Of a DNA stretch of 64,000 nucleotides, positions 1 through 12,444 are shown piece by piece. Both the position numbers and the translations under genes were made by a program. Under the pieces are notes generated by a model. That model worked only from the letters and a program-made list of their open reading frames with translations, searched no databases and was not told the DNA's origin. The stretch is from Phoronis australis (taxonomy: Eukaryota; Animalia; Phoronida): the NCBI GenBank assembly GCA_002633005.1, contig NMRA01000090.1, forward strand, positions 792,736 through 856,735, read 5' to 3'. The first letter of the stretch is position 1. Each line of letters opens with the position of its first letter.

Positions 1-222
1 TATGTTTCTGTGGTGCTTTAAGCAACTGGTGTATAGGATGTGCTTGTATTATGAAGATTACTCACATTTTGCCCCTAGCCTATTGAGGAGACAATGACCA
101 TGCCTTTCCATTTTGCAAAGTATGCCCTCTACTGGCCACTTTATGGTACCAATAAACAACCCTAGAAGGATACCGTATGCGGTGCAATTGTGGGCGCATT
201 TCAACGCTCCGCGTTGCTCTTG
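1..222. mobile_element. 3' end of an interspersed repeat (Crypton-like non-autonomous element, tentative) inserted only in GH116 copy 1
   Basis: 160-222 (...CCGTATGCGGTGCAATTGTGGGCGCATTTCAACGCTCCGCGTTGCTCTTGT) matches the end of the intronic element at ~23795-23861. At 223 the sequence switches to homology with 25163 onward, where copy 2 has no such insert. Confidence 0.55.
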
Positions 223-1113
223 TCTTGATAGCACTCAGTGTACGTTTTTTAGCCTTGATAGAAGACTGGCGGCTGGGTACATACAACTCAGCCATCATAA
301 AGTCTTAACCAAATACAAACCTGGCAATATCCAATTTTGGAAAATATCTGCATAGGGTTAATGTTTGTATGAAAAATAAAACTATTGTCCTTGCGATCAT
401 TTTGATGCGATTGTGTGCATTTTGCTGGCGCAACCACCCCAAACAATTAATTTACACTTCCTTGTAAAATTAATGCATTTTTCACTCGGCCATCTCTGAG
501 CATGGCATTTGACTCATTGGATTGTGCAGCTCAGACATGGATAGCAATATTATTAGGCACTGTCTCATCACAACGAATTCAAGAAGCAAAACATGGAGTA
601 TCACACTGAATTCTACATGCGTGTACATTTATCCGCTTTAATCCGATGAAATTTTCGATGCAAAGGGCAACTCTGATGTGTAGCAGTGTGGTAATGGAGG
701 ACCTACTTAGTCTTTTGTCACCTGACAAACCTTTTAATGATATCGAAAGATTTGTTAAAAATTAATTAGATTCAAGCTACAGGAATGGTGATTATCTTCA
801 TTAAATTGCCCATTGTTCCCTGTTGTGACAGACGGTCACTTGCACTCCACCATCAGTACGGGAAATTGCACTCATCTGTCATGACTGAGAAGTGTGGAGC
901 ATTTTGCCTATTTCATTTTTCCCCTGTATTGTTGTTATTATCCTATGAACACCGCAGTAAAGTTGTTCAATAATTTGTCCATAAAAATTAGCTTAATAAA
1001 CCAGGACTGTGCTTGAGGGTATGAGTGTTGGTAGTGTGTTGTGCTGAGAGTTTTGTCTGATGTGTACAACTGAAACAGTTGTTTTACCTGCTCTCTATTG
1101 TTTTATTTTACAG

Positions 1114-3220
1114 GTTCTGGCCTTCTCTGTGGGTCTAGGTATCCTACCACAGGACTTTACCAAATTGGAGAGACATCTGCAGGCAGAGTACAGAATCAAC
1201 AACACTCCGTATGGCATGCTTGTTCTGACTGGTTAGTCATCTTGACAGTGGGAATATCTTGAACGGGACATTTGTTGGCCATAATGGATGGTTAATGTTC
1301 AGTCAATTATAATGCGTCATAGGCTGTTTGCAAACACCTCTTCAGTCTTAAATAAACTCATAGACAGAGATAATCTATAAGAATCTTAATTTAGTCTGGT
1401 TTAAACTCTGAAAATGTTTTGTTGTTAATTTCATCTTTACATGTTTTCATTGCAATTTAGATTAACAAACCGTTTTGATAGCTTTGGAAAGAATATTTTA
1501 ATATCTTTAGCATGCAATCTCATGAAAATTCATTATTGGATTTGAGGTATTCAATGTAGTGCTTGTGTCTCAATTCAGGTCGGTATCCCTACCCTGGGCC
1601 CCGTACAGATAATGCTGTTTGGCAAATGGGAAACCCGAACTGGGCAACTTCCAATATTCACCTGGGAAATGATGTTGACTATGCACTACAGGTGGCTGAA
1701 GTCACCTTGGATGCCTGGAGGTCAAAGGTCAATGACATTTGGAACGTGGCTGGAATTTCAGGCGGTATTGGTACGTGATTTTTCAGGCAACGGATTTTAT
1801 CTACCGTATCGTCGTCATTTATCATGAACATTTGATTGAAAGACATAACTAAAAGTAACTATTTAATGTAATTGTGAACATGTTCAGCACATAACATGGA
1901 GTTCTGGTGCACTGTTGTTGACTACACTGTGACAGTCATCTTAGAATTGTTTATATTGTAGTTGTAGTCAAATAAAACTTGGTTGTAGTGTGATTGTTTT
2001 GAAACAATGTTGACAGCCTTTTCAACATACACCCAAAATGGACATAATACAGTCTTAAGTGACTGACACGCAGTTATCTTCAATTTGAATTAAAATTAAT
2101 TCAAGATAATATAATGTCTTAATTTGTTACTAGGCAACTCTTACGTATGATAGAATTCCATTTGCCTAGTGTTTAAATGAAATCACGCATCATCCGCTGA
2201 AAAAGACTCCCAAGTTTTGACTGTCCACAGCAGGTGTGCCAACTTATCAAGACGGGTTATCACTGACAACAAAATTGTTTTGAAATTAGAATTTTCAAGT
2301 ATTGCAGAATGAATTTGCCAACCATTTTAATTGGAAATTAAATGACTAGGAAGGTCGCCACATGTTTATTTCCCTTTGAAACTTCAGTATTAAAATAAAC
2401 CTTGATTCATGTCAAGTAAGCTCTGAAGAATACACGGTTTTTAATGAAGTTTGATATTGGTTGAAATTAATGTAAATTGTCTTTTTGTTTAATTTGTTGC
2501 AGAGGCTCAGGGGTGGAAATCATTGCATGGCTGTGCTCCAAATTCCACCCGTTACCCTCTGAACCCCGGTTTCGAACCGGCAGACATAAAACCCACAGAC
2601 ATAAAACCCACAGACAGCACTGTGTGCCTATACTACACACGTTCCACACTCGGTCCCCAAAACTCCATTCTAGGGGACCTACCGAATGAGGTGTCTTGTC
2701 CAGGGACTGGAGTTATGGGGACTGTATTCGGAGCATTTTTAGTATGTCAGTTAAGGTGCATAGGTCTGGGGATTTCTATCATGGAGTTGGTACCAGCTGG
2801 TCTGGTACTGGTGTTAATAGAATGGCTTGGTTGGTTGAAGGAGGTATAGCCATGAGATGGTGATAACATTGAAGTCCTATAATATCTTTCACAGGTTATG
2901 GAGCTGAAGGACAGCCTTTGATTACTAGTCACTATGGTTACTTCATGCCGTCATGGCATCTCATCATGGCCTTGACTGGACAACAAGCCAACTTACCCGA
3001 GAAGTCTTTGACCTTTAGGCCAAAGGTCAAAGTTCCGTACCAGTTCCCGGTTCTTTTGGCTGGCAGTGTGGGTGTACTGAGAGCCTCAGCGACACAGTTT
3101 GAGGTCTGCATCCTGATTGGTCGACCTATCACTCTTGCCACACTCTCTGTAGGTGGTATTGAATACCCAGGTGTTCCTCCTGTACTCAATGCTGGAGTCT
3201 GTGTCAGCTGGTCACATTAA
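1114..3220 (+). CDS. GH116 glycoside hydrolase paralog (copy 1), last three exons; 5' part lies outside the window
   Basis: Exons 1114-1231, 1579-1770 and 2895-3220 (TAA) have GT-AG borders and the same lengths (118/192/326 nt) as the last three exons of copy 2. Only two amino-acid differences seen (MPSWHL vs MSSWHI) plus about 11 synonymous changes. Confidence 0.88.
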
Positions 3221-4187
3221 TACCAGCCCTGTTGGTGAACTTGTTAACTAGCTCTACTCTCAGAGTGTCAGGTGGTTACATTTATACCAGCCATGCTGGT
3301 CAACTAATTGTAAACACTGCTGTGTTCCTAGATCATTTAGGTTTCAGGGATAAACATAATGCACTTTCTCTATATAGTTTAGTTGGAGGCACTTGTGTAA
3401 AAAAAGCTGTAAATATTTTTTTGGCGGAATTTTAAGGGAAGAATTTTTTAATAATTTGGTCACAGTGTTACTTCTGAGTGTTCACTTTCAATCATATTGC
3501 CGCAAATTTATGAAGTTAAACTTTATAGTAAAAAATTCTGTTCTATGTCTGTATAGCTCTGTGTATTGTGAAATACTTATACAAGGAACAGGGAAAACAT
3601 TCCATGAAGATGACTGTTGAGTGGTGGAGTGATTGCATAGCTGGGCAGCTCTTGGCTTCAATTCATGCCTTGATGAGGTGTTGCATTTAAGGCCTTCAGC
3701 AAAATTATGTATCAGTTGAAGAAGATTAATTCAAGCTTAGAACAAAGTGTGTGAATGGTCATCAAATGTAGTTATAGTGCCTTGTTTATTTATAGCAATT
3801 GCTTAGTAGTCAAACTGCTTTACAGCATTTGCTTAATGGTCGAGTTGCCGAGTCACCATTCCATTCAACGCTCAAACATATAATTTTAGGTGGTTGAAAT
3901 AAAAGTTTTAAAAAGGAGCTGGGAGGGTAGTTCAACTGTCAACACCTGTTGTGTTATTGGACTCATCCATTTAACCAAGATCTGATCATTTATAGTCAGT
4001 TTGTACTTAATATTCAGAAACAATTATTGTATTTTTGAAATGTATTTATATTTACAAAAAAATGTATGAACGGTCAAATTGGGCTAGAAGTTTGTTCCAA
4101 AATCTCACCAAATTCTGACAAATAATATCTTTCCAAAATTGCTTATTTTTCATTGCTGTGTATGTTTTCAATTTTCAAAATATTGTC

Positions 4188-4358
4188 TATAGACCTTTCT
4201 ACGTGCCATTCAAAGGAGGCTGTCATTGTTAAGCTGTCATTCAGTGATTACTCGACTTGTTTTCATTCAGGTGCTGAGAACATCAAGTATCGCAACGATG
4301 TTCAACTCTAGCGAAAATGGGGGTAACACAACTACGGAGGGCAAAATGCAATAGTCTA
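4188..4358. mobile_element. Small ATAGAC...GTCTAT MITE-like element, shared with the copy at ~28781-28956
   Basis: Short inverted termini ATAGAC/GTCTAT. Present in both duplicates, so it predates the duplication. Confidence 0.35.
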
Positions 4359-5122
4359 TTGTTAGCTATGGTACAGAGATTGAACACGGAAGTGTTAATT
4401 TGGTGCTAGCTATCTTTGATGGAATAACGAGCAAACAAGCATCACTTGCCAGCCATATTATGTCCTAAATTGATGGAATTTTACTGTATTAACTCTGCAA
4501 AAACTATATATCAAGTCCCTTAGTGGCGTGTTTATATTTTTGTGTTAAAAACTATTTGTACTTTTTACTGCAGTAATTATAACCTGTGTTGAGCGGATTT
4601 TAATTTTGACTTATTTTTATTTTCCTTGCATTAAGCTGAAGTTGAACTCTTGTTTTGCTACGTCCACATGGTAAACACAGCCTTATGTTCAACAGGCTGA
4701 CATTGAGTCACCTAAATGTGTCTCATTGAAGTACACAGAATGATACACTCGCTGGTCCAACCATCCAACATTGTTATTAGGCATTATTTCCCTAGAATAT
4801 CAAAGTTCCATACTTTCAATACAAATCCAAGAGGAATCACTTTTGGGGTAACTTCTTAGGGACACTGATACACAAAACACTGATCTAGTCAATATATTTC
4901 AGCAAATAGCAGTTCCAGCCATTTATAGCCCATAATACCAAAAGCAAAAAGATAAAGGCCGTCCATTTGCATAATGTGAAATAGGTTAGCACACAACCAA
5001 AATGTAAAGCAGTTTTGGACATCAGAAATGTTCTTCTGGTGTAATGCTTGAAATATATGTGAAACAACAGTTTGACACTGGTGATGACCATACAGGCCAG
5101 AAAATGCATGGATATACTTCTT

Positions 5123-8100
5123 CCCATACCAAAAAAGCCTTCCTGCAAACACTTGCCGCAAAGCTGCGGCAAGCTTGCTGCAAAAGTTTCTGCAAACCAG
5201 ATGCAAACACGTAGAATCAACTCTGACCAAAGAGTGGATGCAAATTTCCTGCAACCCAGCCGCAAACATGCAGCAAACTTTTACCATGCAAATGAAGTTT
5301 GTCGCAAGCTTGCAGCAAACATCTTCATGGGGTTATCTAGAAGTTTCTGCGAACCACCAGAAAAAATATTGGATACTTGAATTGTGGCATGAATAATTTA
5401 ATGTAGAAATGCCAGCTGACAAATACATAATTTTTATTGCATGCCCGCTTGTTAAAGCAAGAAAATGCACACTGGATTTAACATAATTTTCAGTCTGATG
5501 CATAATGACTAGAAATTAAAACTTACATGACAATGAATAACAGAAACTATAAAAGTGTCTACAGTGGCAATTAGTAATAATACTTGTATTACAATCAAAA
5601 TTGTGTCGAGAGAACAACTTGAATGTATGCCAAGCTTTAATTACAATATACCGAGATGTTTTATTCTTAACGCACGACAAAATCTATAATAATTGTAACA
5701 ACGATATTATTTAATTGACTAAACTAACAACAGCAACACAGAGCGTTGAAATGCACCCAACGGGATGTTTATTAGCATTGAAAATGGCGCAAAATATGTC
5801 GAATGCCAGTGGAGAAAATCGTGAAATCTGACTTTCCCCCTTGGAAAGGCATGCTTAGAACAGCATGTCGAGCATATTTAAGCATTTTATTTTAAATTAC
5901 CTCATTACTTGTCAACTGAAAAAAATCACTCTTAACAATTATAAACGTATTTATTTTTCCCATGTTCATCTAAAATACTTGAAAACTGTCGAATACTTCA
6001 TCGATTACTATTTTTGCTTCCCAATATGGTTTCATGATACATCAGTCTACTGAATGGGCTATTATTGAACTTGTGGGCCTATGTTGAAATTTGCAATATT
6101 TCGACTATAGCGATATCATCCAATAACATCATTCATTTATCTAAGACATCAACCATAGATTATACCTTTCTATTCTACAATATTACCATGGTGTTGAAAA
6201 GAACAACTACAGAGGTTATATCCAGTTATTACCATACTAATGGACGTTCTAAACACATTCTACTCCAGACTAATATGCATTACAGCAATCGGAGGTGTTC
6301 CATAGGGTTCATATGGGATGATCGCTAGTGTTTTCATCCATGTTTGTTCGACCTGCAACCTTGAGATGCTGTGTACGCTATTTGTTCCAGTGTTTTCAAC
6401 TCAAACTTGTTGCCTCGTAACCTCTGCAGTGTCTCTGCCTTTCACCAAGTACATTATGTCACTCAATATTCACAAACCTAAAATATGAATGCCATTTCAC
6501 TTTCCACAAAAAGGCATTTGTGATAGCATTATTAGAATCTCCATTACGTTTTAAGTCGAACTTTTGCTCTTCTGCTCGTGTATGAACAGACAGTTAAACT
6601 TGTGTTCAATAGTTTGACTGCAGACTGAGAATGCGCATGACTGAAGGTGATGGCAGTTAAAACACCTACCAGTAGTTAAATATACAATATGCTAATCTTA
6701 TTTTGTGCCCAATAGTTACCATGCATATAACCAAAATAAAAATTTGTTGTTCACGGTGAATCAAACAGTCAGAGAACGATGTGAAAATTGACACAAACTT
6801 AAGTTTTACACTCTCAATTAAGTGATTATTTTGACGGACTGGTTACATGTAACTTGACAATGTTTTGGAAACTAGTTGATTCTGGTCTCAACCCCAGTTA
6901 ACTCATTTGATATCTGTGCTGTACTTTTCCCTAACCATTGTAACCTCCAATTTGGCTGAATCTGTAAGAAAATCAACTTCCTTTTGTTTGTAAGACCAAA
7001 ACTACTGATTCATGAATGAAGTCTAAGTAATTTTACTTAACAATCACATCAATATAAATACAATTTCAAATTCAAAACTCACATCCATACAGTTCTTCAG
7101 TTATCCATGTAGAGTCTAGGCTGTACCAAAACCGTTTGAATTTGGTTCAAATGAAAGCTTATAGGTCACTTCCCAGGCATGTAACCTTGAAAACCACATG
7201 CTTTCCTTGATAACAGTCACAGATCAACATGTGGCTGGGCTAGCATAATTTAAATAAACAGTCAACAGCCCTAGAGGCATTAAACATTAATGTATTTCAA
7301 GAGGCATTCCTTGAAAACTGTCCTAGCAGTTCAACATGTAGGTGGGCTAGTATGATTAAAGTGAACAATAACCCTAGAAGCATAAAACAATAATATAAGG
7401 ACGCTAGTGAAATCAAATTTCTTATTTTTTTTCATAAATAATGTGGCAGTACCACAAGAATCCCGAGATCCAAGTCCATACCATAGCTGCTGAACGACAA
7501 TATTTTGAAAAAATTGTGAGTCTTCACAACAATGCTAAATGTCCTTGAAAAATCAAAATGAGTAACATTTGGCAATTATTTTTGTCCGAAATAGACAAAA
7601 TTTTACTGTAGCTACAGACTGGCAGCTACTACCTGATTATGAGATAATTTTAAATGTTGGAAAAGTACAAATTGCTCTAAATGCTAATACTTGCACATTT
7701 GGTAAAACTGGATCATATATTTGTGTATGGTTTGTAGTGATATTTATTGTGCTTGTTTACACAACAGGCAGGTAACGCTGCCTTTGTTGTTTTAAAGCAA
7801 TTGCATTTAATATTTTGCTGTACTGGCTTTGACAGCAGTATGAAAGGAAAATGAAAACTTGTTAAGTATAGAGACTGAATAAAAAACAAAGAACATACAG
7901 ATGCAGTTATATTCTCTAGTGTTTTAGGTCGCATTTGGTCATCTTTGAGCATTTGCTGTTTTTTACAGTGTAACTTACCCAACAATAGGTCACATTTAGG
8001 TAAGTAATCTAAAATAAGTAACTGCCCTGCTTAGGTTCTGGGATTTGAGGTTTCTTTGAAATTTAGAAAATAAAAAAAATTACAATTTCTAACATTGTCA

Positions 8101-8463
8101 CAATATTAATGCTAACACTTTATACATTGAAGTTTACTGCAAATTTCGTGCAAGCACTTTTTCACCTATTCCTCAGAACACTTTTCACCAATGAAGTTTC
8201 CTGCAACTTTCCCGCAAACACTTTTCAACAATAAAGTTTCCTGCAACTTTCCCGCAAACACTTTTTCAAACACCAAGTTTGCCGCAACATTCCTGCATGC
8301 TTCAGTGTTTGCAGCAAGGTTGCGGCAATGTGTGCGGCAGAGTTGCGGGTAGCGGCAAACTCCTGCAAATTTTGCGGCTGGTTTGCTGCAAACAAAATTG
8401 TTTGCCGCAAGCTTGCGGTATGTTTGCTACAAGCTTGCGGCAAACATGGTCTTTTGGTATGGG
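5123..8463. mobile_element. Non-autonomous TIR DNA transposon (CCC...GGG termini, subterminal repeats; EnSpm/CMC-like, tentative)
   Basis: TIR CCCATACCAAAA (5123) / TTTTGGTATGGG (8463). Dense subterminal GCCGCAAGCTTGC / TGCGGCAAAC / CCTGCAA motifs at 5140-5320 and 8135-8445. No intact transposase ORF. Host homology stops and resumes exactly at the termini. Confidence 0.8.
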
Positions 8464-10067
8464 AGGTTTCCAATGCAACTTCAATTTTTTCATGGAAATC
8501 TTGAAAGTCATAATTTTTATAACCCCTATTGCAAAAGAGGAATAATTTTTGAAATAATTCCTAAACAGCATTTTGGAGAATAATGCATAAAGCATTCTAG
8601 CTGACAGTTGTATATGAATCCAATGAGCCATTTCTGAGATATGATGTACAGTTCCAAGGTTAGCCCAATTAAGATATATTTCTAGGAGCCTACATAAGTT
8701 TATAAAATGTTTTAACCGACTATAGGCCAACATCTGTCACAAACTTTCAACATTCAGCTTTACTTTGTTTGCCCCATAGCAAAATCTTTGTTTTTCCTAG
8801 TAGCTGCTTTTAAAAAAGTTTGACGATTGGATTTTGTGTAAATAGGTCTTGTAGATAATTCAGAAGAACAACTGGACTACTTCTTTTTGTTTACATTCAG
8901 AATGTTACTGAATTACGCCCAGAGTAGTGCCCCAGTTAGAGTTTGTATATTTTCAGTCACAAACTGATACATTTGGATAGCTTACAATAAGCTTCCATTG
9001 GTGCATTGGTGTTTTACAGAAAAATTTTGTACAGTTAACACCTACAATATATAGGCAACATTTTAAACATTTTTATTTACTCTGAAAGCTTTCACATGTA
9101 GGCAATGCCATATTTCTGAGAAATTCAAAAGGCAAGCTAAATAAGGGTATCGTACACCCGACCTTGGACGTGAGTGGATTAAATAAATGATTGTAAATTG
9201 CCATGAAAAGGGATTGCCAGATTTTAGTACAAAATTGACTTTGCAAAACTTATTAGTATCAATATGCTTCAGAACTTACAAACCAAGGGTAATGAATGTG
9301 TTGCAAATTAATCAATGGATAATTAATAAAATATTCGCCGAGAAAGTTCCAATCAATCTCTGATCATGCACCCGCCGCACAAGAGCACTTCCAAAAATGC
9401 ACTGGTGGCTAATGACTACTGTTTTGTATGAGTGAACTGAGTTTCTCAATTATTTCCTTCTTGAAGCAATATCATTTCATTCAACAAACTCGTACTTGTG
9501 ACTTAGTTGTTGTCGAAACTTTATCTTAACCACAAAGAACGAAGTTCACTGCAATTGCAAGGAAATGGAGATTCGATGAATGTATCACTTCAATGACATC
9601 ACTTGCAAAGCTGTAATATCAAAATATTTATAATATTTTTTTTGTTAATTTCTGCCGCTGACTACATATCTAAGATTCATTAGTAACCAGCCCTAAAGTA
9701 ACATGTACAGATAACCTGACTTAGCCAGCAACAGATAGCTTTTCCTTACACACTAAGCATAGTGGAAAATACAGAGTAAAACGGATTAAATTTTTATCTG
9801 CTCTTACTTTTATCTAGTGTCCTTCAGGGTATTTCTCATTGATAACTTAAACGAAGCCAGGCAACAATTTTTCAAAACAACTCCATGTTAAATGTTTGGT
9901 TCAGATCAAGATCTTGTACTCAAGCTAAAGCTACGTCACCTCAGTTGATATTTTTCAAGCTTAAATTTCCTAGCTCTGTTAATTTGAACTTAGAACTGGA
10001 GGAATGGAATGCCAACTCCCCCGCATGTCCCATGCACGAAACACACAAATGTGTGAACACAAAACAC
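8464..10067 (-). pseudogene. Duplicated CEP70 intron/exon remnant (copy of 41925-43742)
   Basis: Collinear with 41925-43742. It lacks ~43021-43248, so only ~40 nt of the FASDVIEVIHSSNL exon remain (9569-9610), with a 1-nt insertion at the acceptor. Confidence 0.88.
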
Positions 10068-12444
10068 GTCTTTAAAAGTTTGCGTTCATTATTTTATCCC
10101 CCATCTCATTGTATTGACCCCATGTAGACAAAATAATTATCACGACGTCATCAATGTGCTGGCCAGAGAACGTTTGTCTACGACCCCCTCCCCTTTATAC
10201 ATCGTAGTGTACTAGGACCATCTCCCACTGTTAGTTTTCAGGTTCTTAGGCTGAATTCGTGGCTCCATCTAACGCCAGTGATGTGAGAATGCGGTGAAAA
10301 CTGCGCGTACAATGTAGTCGAGAGAGCGTCACACGCCTTTTACATCTATCGCGTATCCTCTCCGCAATATTTACACAATAGCACATCATACCGAGTCTGA
10401 AAATGCGGTGTTTTTGAGTTTTTAACTAATAAAACCAATGCCATTCCTGGCTCAAATTGCTCTCTGGACGTCATGTTTCACCAATAATGACACGCTACGG
10501 TTGTACAAGATGTTGTCTGTTGATTCTATAGCACGCAAGTCGTGATCAAATAATAGCTCTATAATTAATGTATTTCAGAGGCTATATTCTGATCACGTAG
10601 TTTCACATTACAAATCACTTTTCTTTGAAAGCTAAATATTGCACGGTCTTGAAATTGGAGTTGGTTAACAAGATTACGATTAGTATCTTATTAAGTTAAA
10701 ACACCGACAGCATGTACAGATTCCAGGGGTGGAAAACAACTGTAACGGTTGCCATGGGGATGCATCTTTATCACACACCGCGAAAACTCTTACCACGCAC
10801 AAAAAATAATTTTAGTGTACTATTGGCCAAAACGAGACGTAGAATCTTCTGAGAACGTGCACTTTGGACGCTTGCTCTAAAATTGTCTGTGGTAAAAGAG
10901 CTCGAATGTAATTTTGAATTTTATGCGTGTAATGTTTTTTGTTGGAAGTTTGATGTAAAAGTTATAGTCAGGTTCACTATGTCCACATTTTGACACTCGT
11001 TTGGGAAAAATGGAAATTATATATTTTTGGAAACCTCATGGAATGACCATTTGCAAATGAATTGATTCCATTTTGGCAGCCATTTTAGAGGCCATCTTGG
11101 GTTTTCAAAAATGACTCGAATAAAATATCCTCAATATCTCTGCTCTTGGGTCACTTAAAATGTTAGTTTCCATGGCTACATCAGCATTTTTTATCAAGTT
11201 TATTGATTTTTTTCAAAAATGACGCACGTAAAATACATTTTGCTCTGCTCTAAAGTATCTTGGAATGTGAGTTTTAAAAACTGCACCCGCATTTTGTGGG
11301 GCAAGGCATTGGAAAACATTTCTAAAATGCAAATGATGTCTCAACAGGCAACTAACACACCACAGGTTGTCATTATTAGTCTAGTCTGTTGTTACTCCCC
11401 TGTAACTGACAGTGTCTGTGTATCATTACTTGGTGGCCACTGTTTTTGCTTCTGTGTATGGTGTTTTATGAACGCCGAAACATGTCAAGCCGGCTTAAAT
11501 CCATTGTTGTTCTTATTAATATGTGCTAGGAGTTTTTCAACAAGACATTTTTGAGTTTGTTAAAATCATGTTACTGTACTTTGCTACATGTGCGAAGTCA
11601 GAGATTTGTTTTCTGTGTGTTCTGCATGATAAACGAAAAGTTTAACCCATACCATTGTCGCACGTGTTTTTACGTGTCTTGCGTAGCTAAGTGTGCGTAT
11701 TTGCATAAATTATTGTTATTTTTAATTGTTTCTATAATTATTCATTTGTGCAGTGTTTACTTGCGTACTTGCATAATTCGATTTCTGAGCAGTGAGATGT
11801 TATCTGCAGTATACCTATATATCGTGTTGGAGCAAAACAACAGACTCGGGGGGGCTTCATTCTTTTATCGTCAGGAGTATAAGTGACAGTAGTAGCAGTA
11901 GGTAAACTGAAATGTAAAAAGAGAAATAAGCCAAAGTTACACTGCTGCCGGGCGCTTTCAAGTGCAACATCTCCCGTTCGACCAAAAAACGCTGTCAGAA
12001 CGTTTTTGTGTACGTTGTGGCGGCAAACATTTCACCCTTGCGTTTTGACCCAAATGCCTTGCTAAAGTTTTATCCGCGTCTTCGGTGTCGCCAGCCGAGG
12101 GTGAATTATTCTTCTGACTGTTTTACGGTAAACACGGACCCGGCTGCAACAACTTTGACAATCCGCAGCGCAGCAATTTATTTCCAGGTGCATATTGTGC
12201 CAAAGTTATTTCTCCCATGGCAGTGTGTTTTTCTCACTGTTACCTATCATCACTGAGAGCAGTCCATTCACGAAAGACGTTTCGCACCACGTGACAAGCA
12301 TGTGTGAGCGATCACATGATCACTCTAAAATCTCCTGTAGGAGGCGTAGGTCAGACACCTCTGTTTTGTTCTGTCAACAGCGTTTGCTGTTTACCTGTAT
12401 ACTGGCTTAAAAATTCAGTGCAGCTGAGTTAATGTTGTACAGCG

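Larger units (their letters stand above)
223..5122 (+). repeat. Segmental duplicate of 25163-29695 (GH116 3' end and downstream flank)
   Basis: Collinear, high-identity match across introns, exons and 3' flank with scattered SNPs and indels; offset ~24.6-24.9 kb. Confidence 0.95.

Noticed and set aside
4885-5396. Cluster of overlapping 60-130 aa ORFs (also 8225-8733)
   Set aside because: They arise from the subterminal repeats of the TIR element; no recognisable domains.
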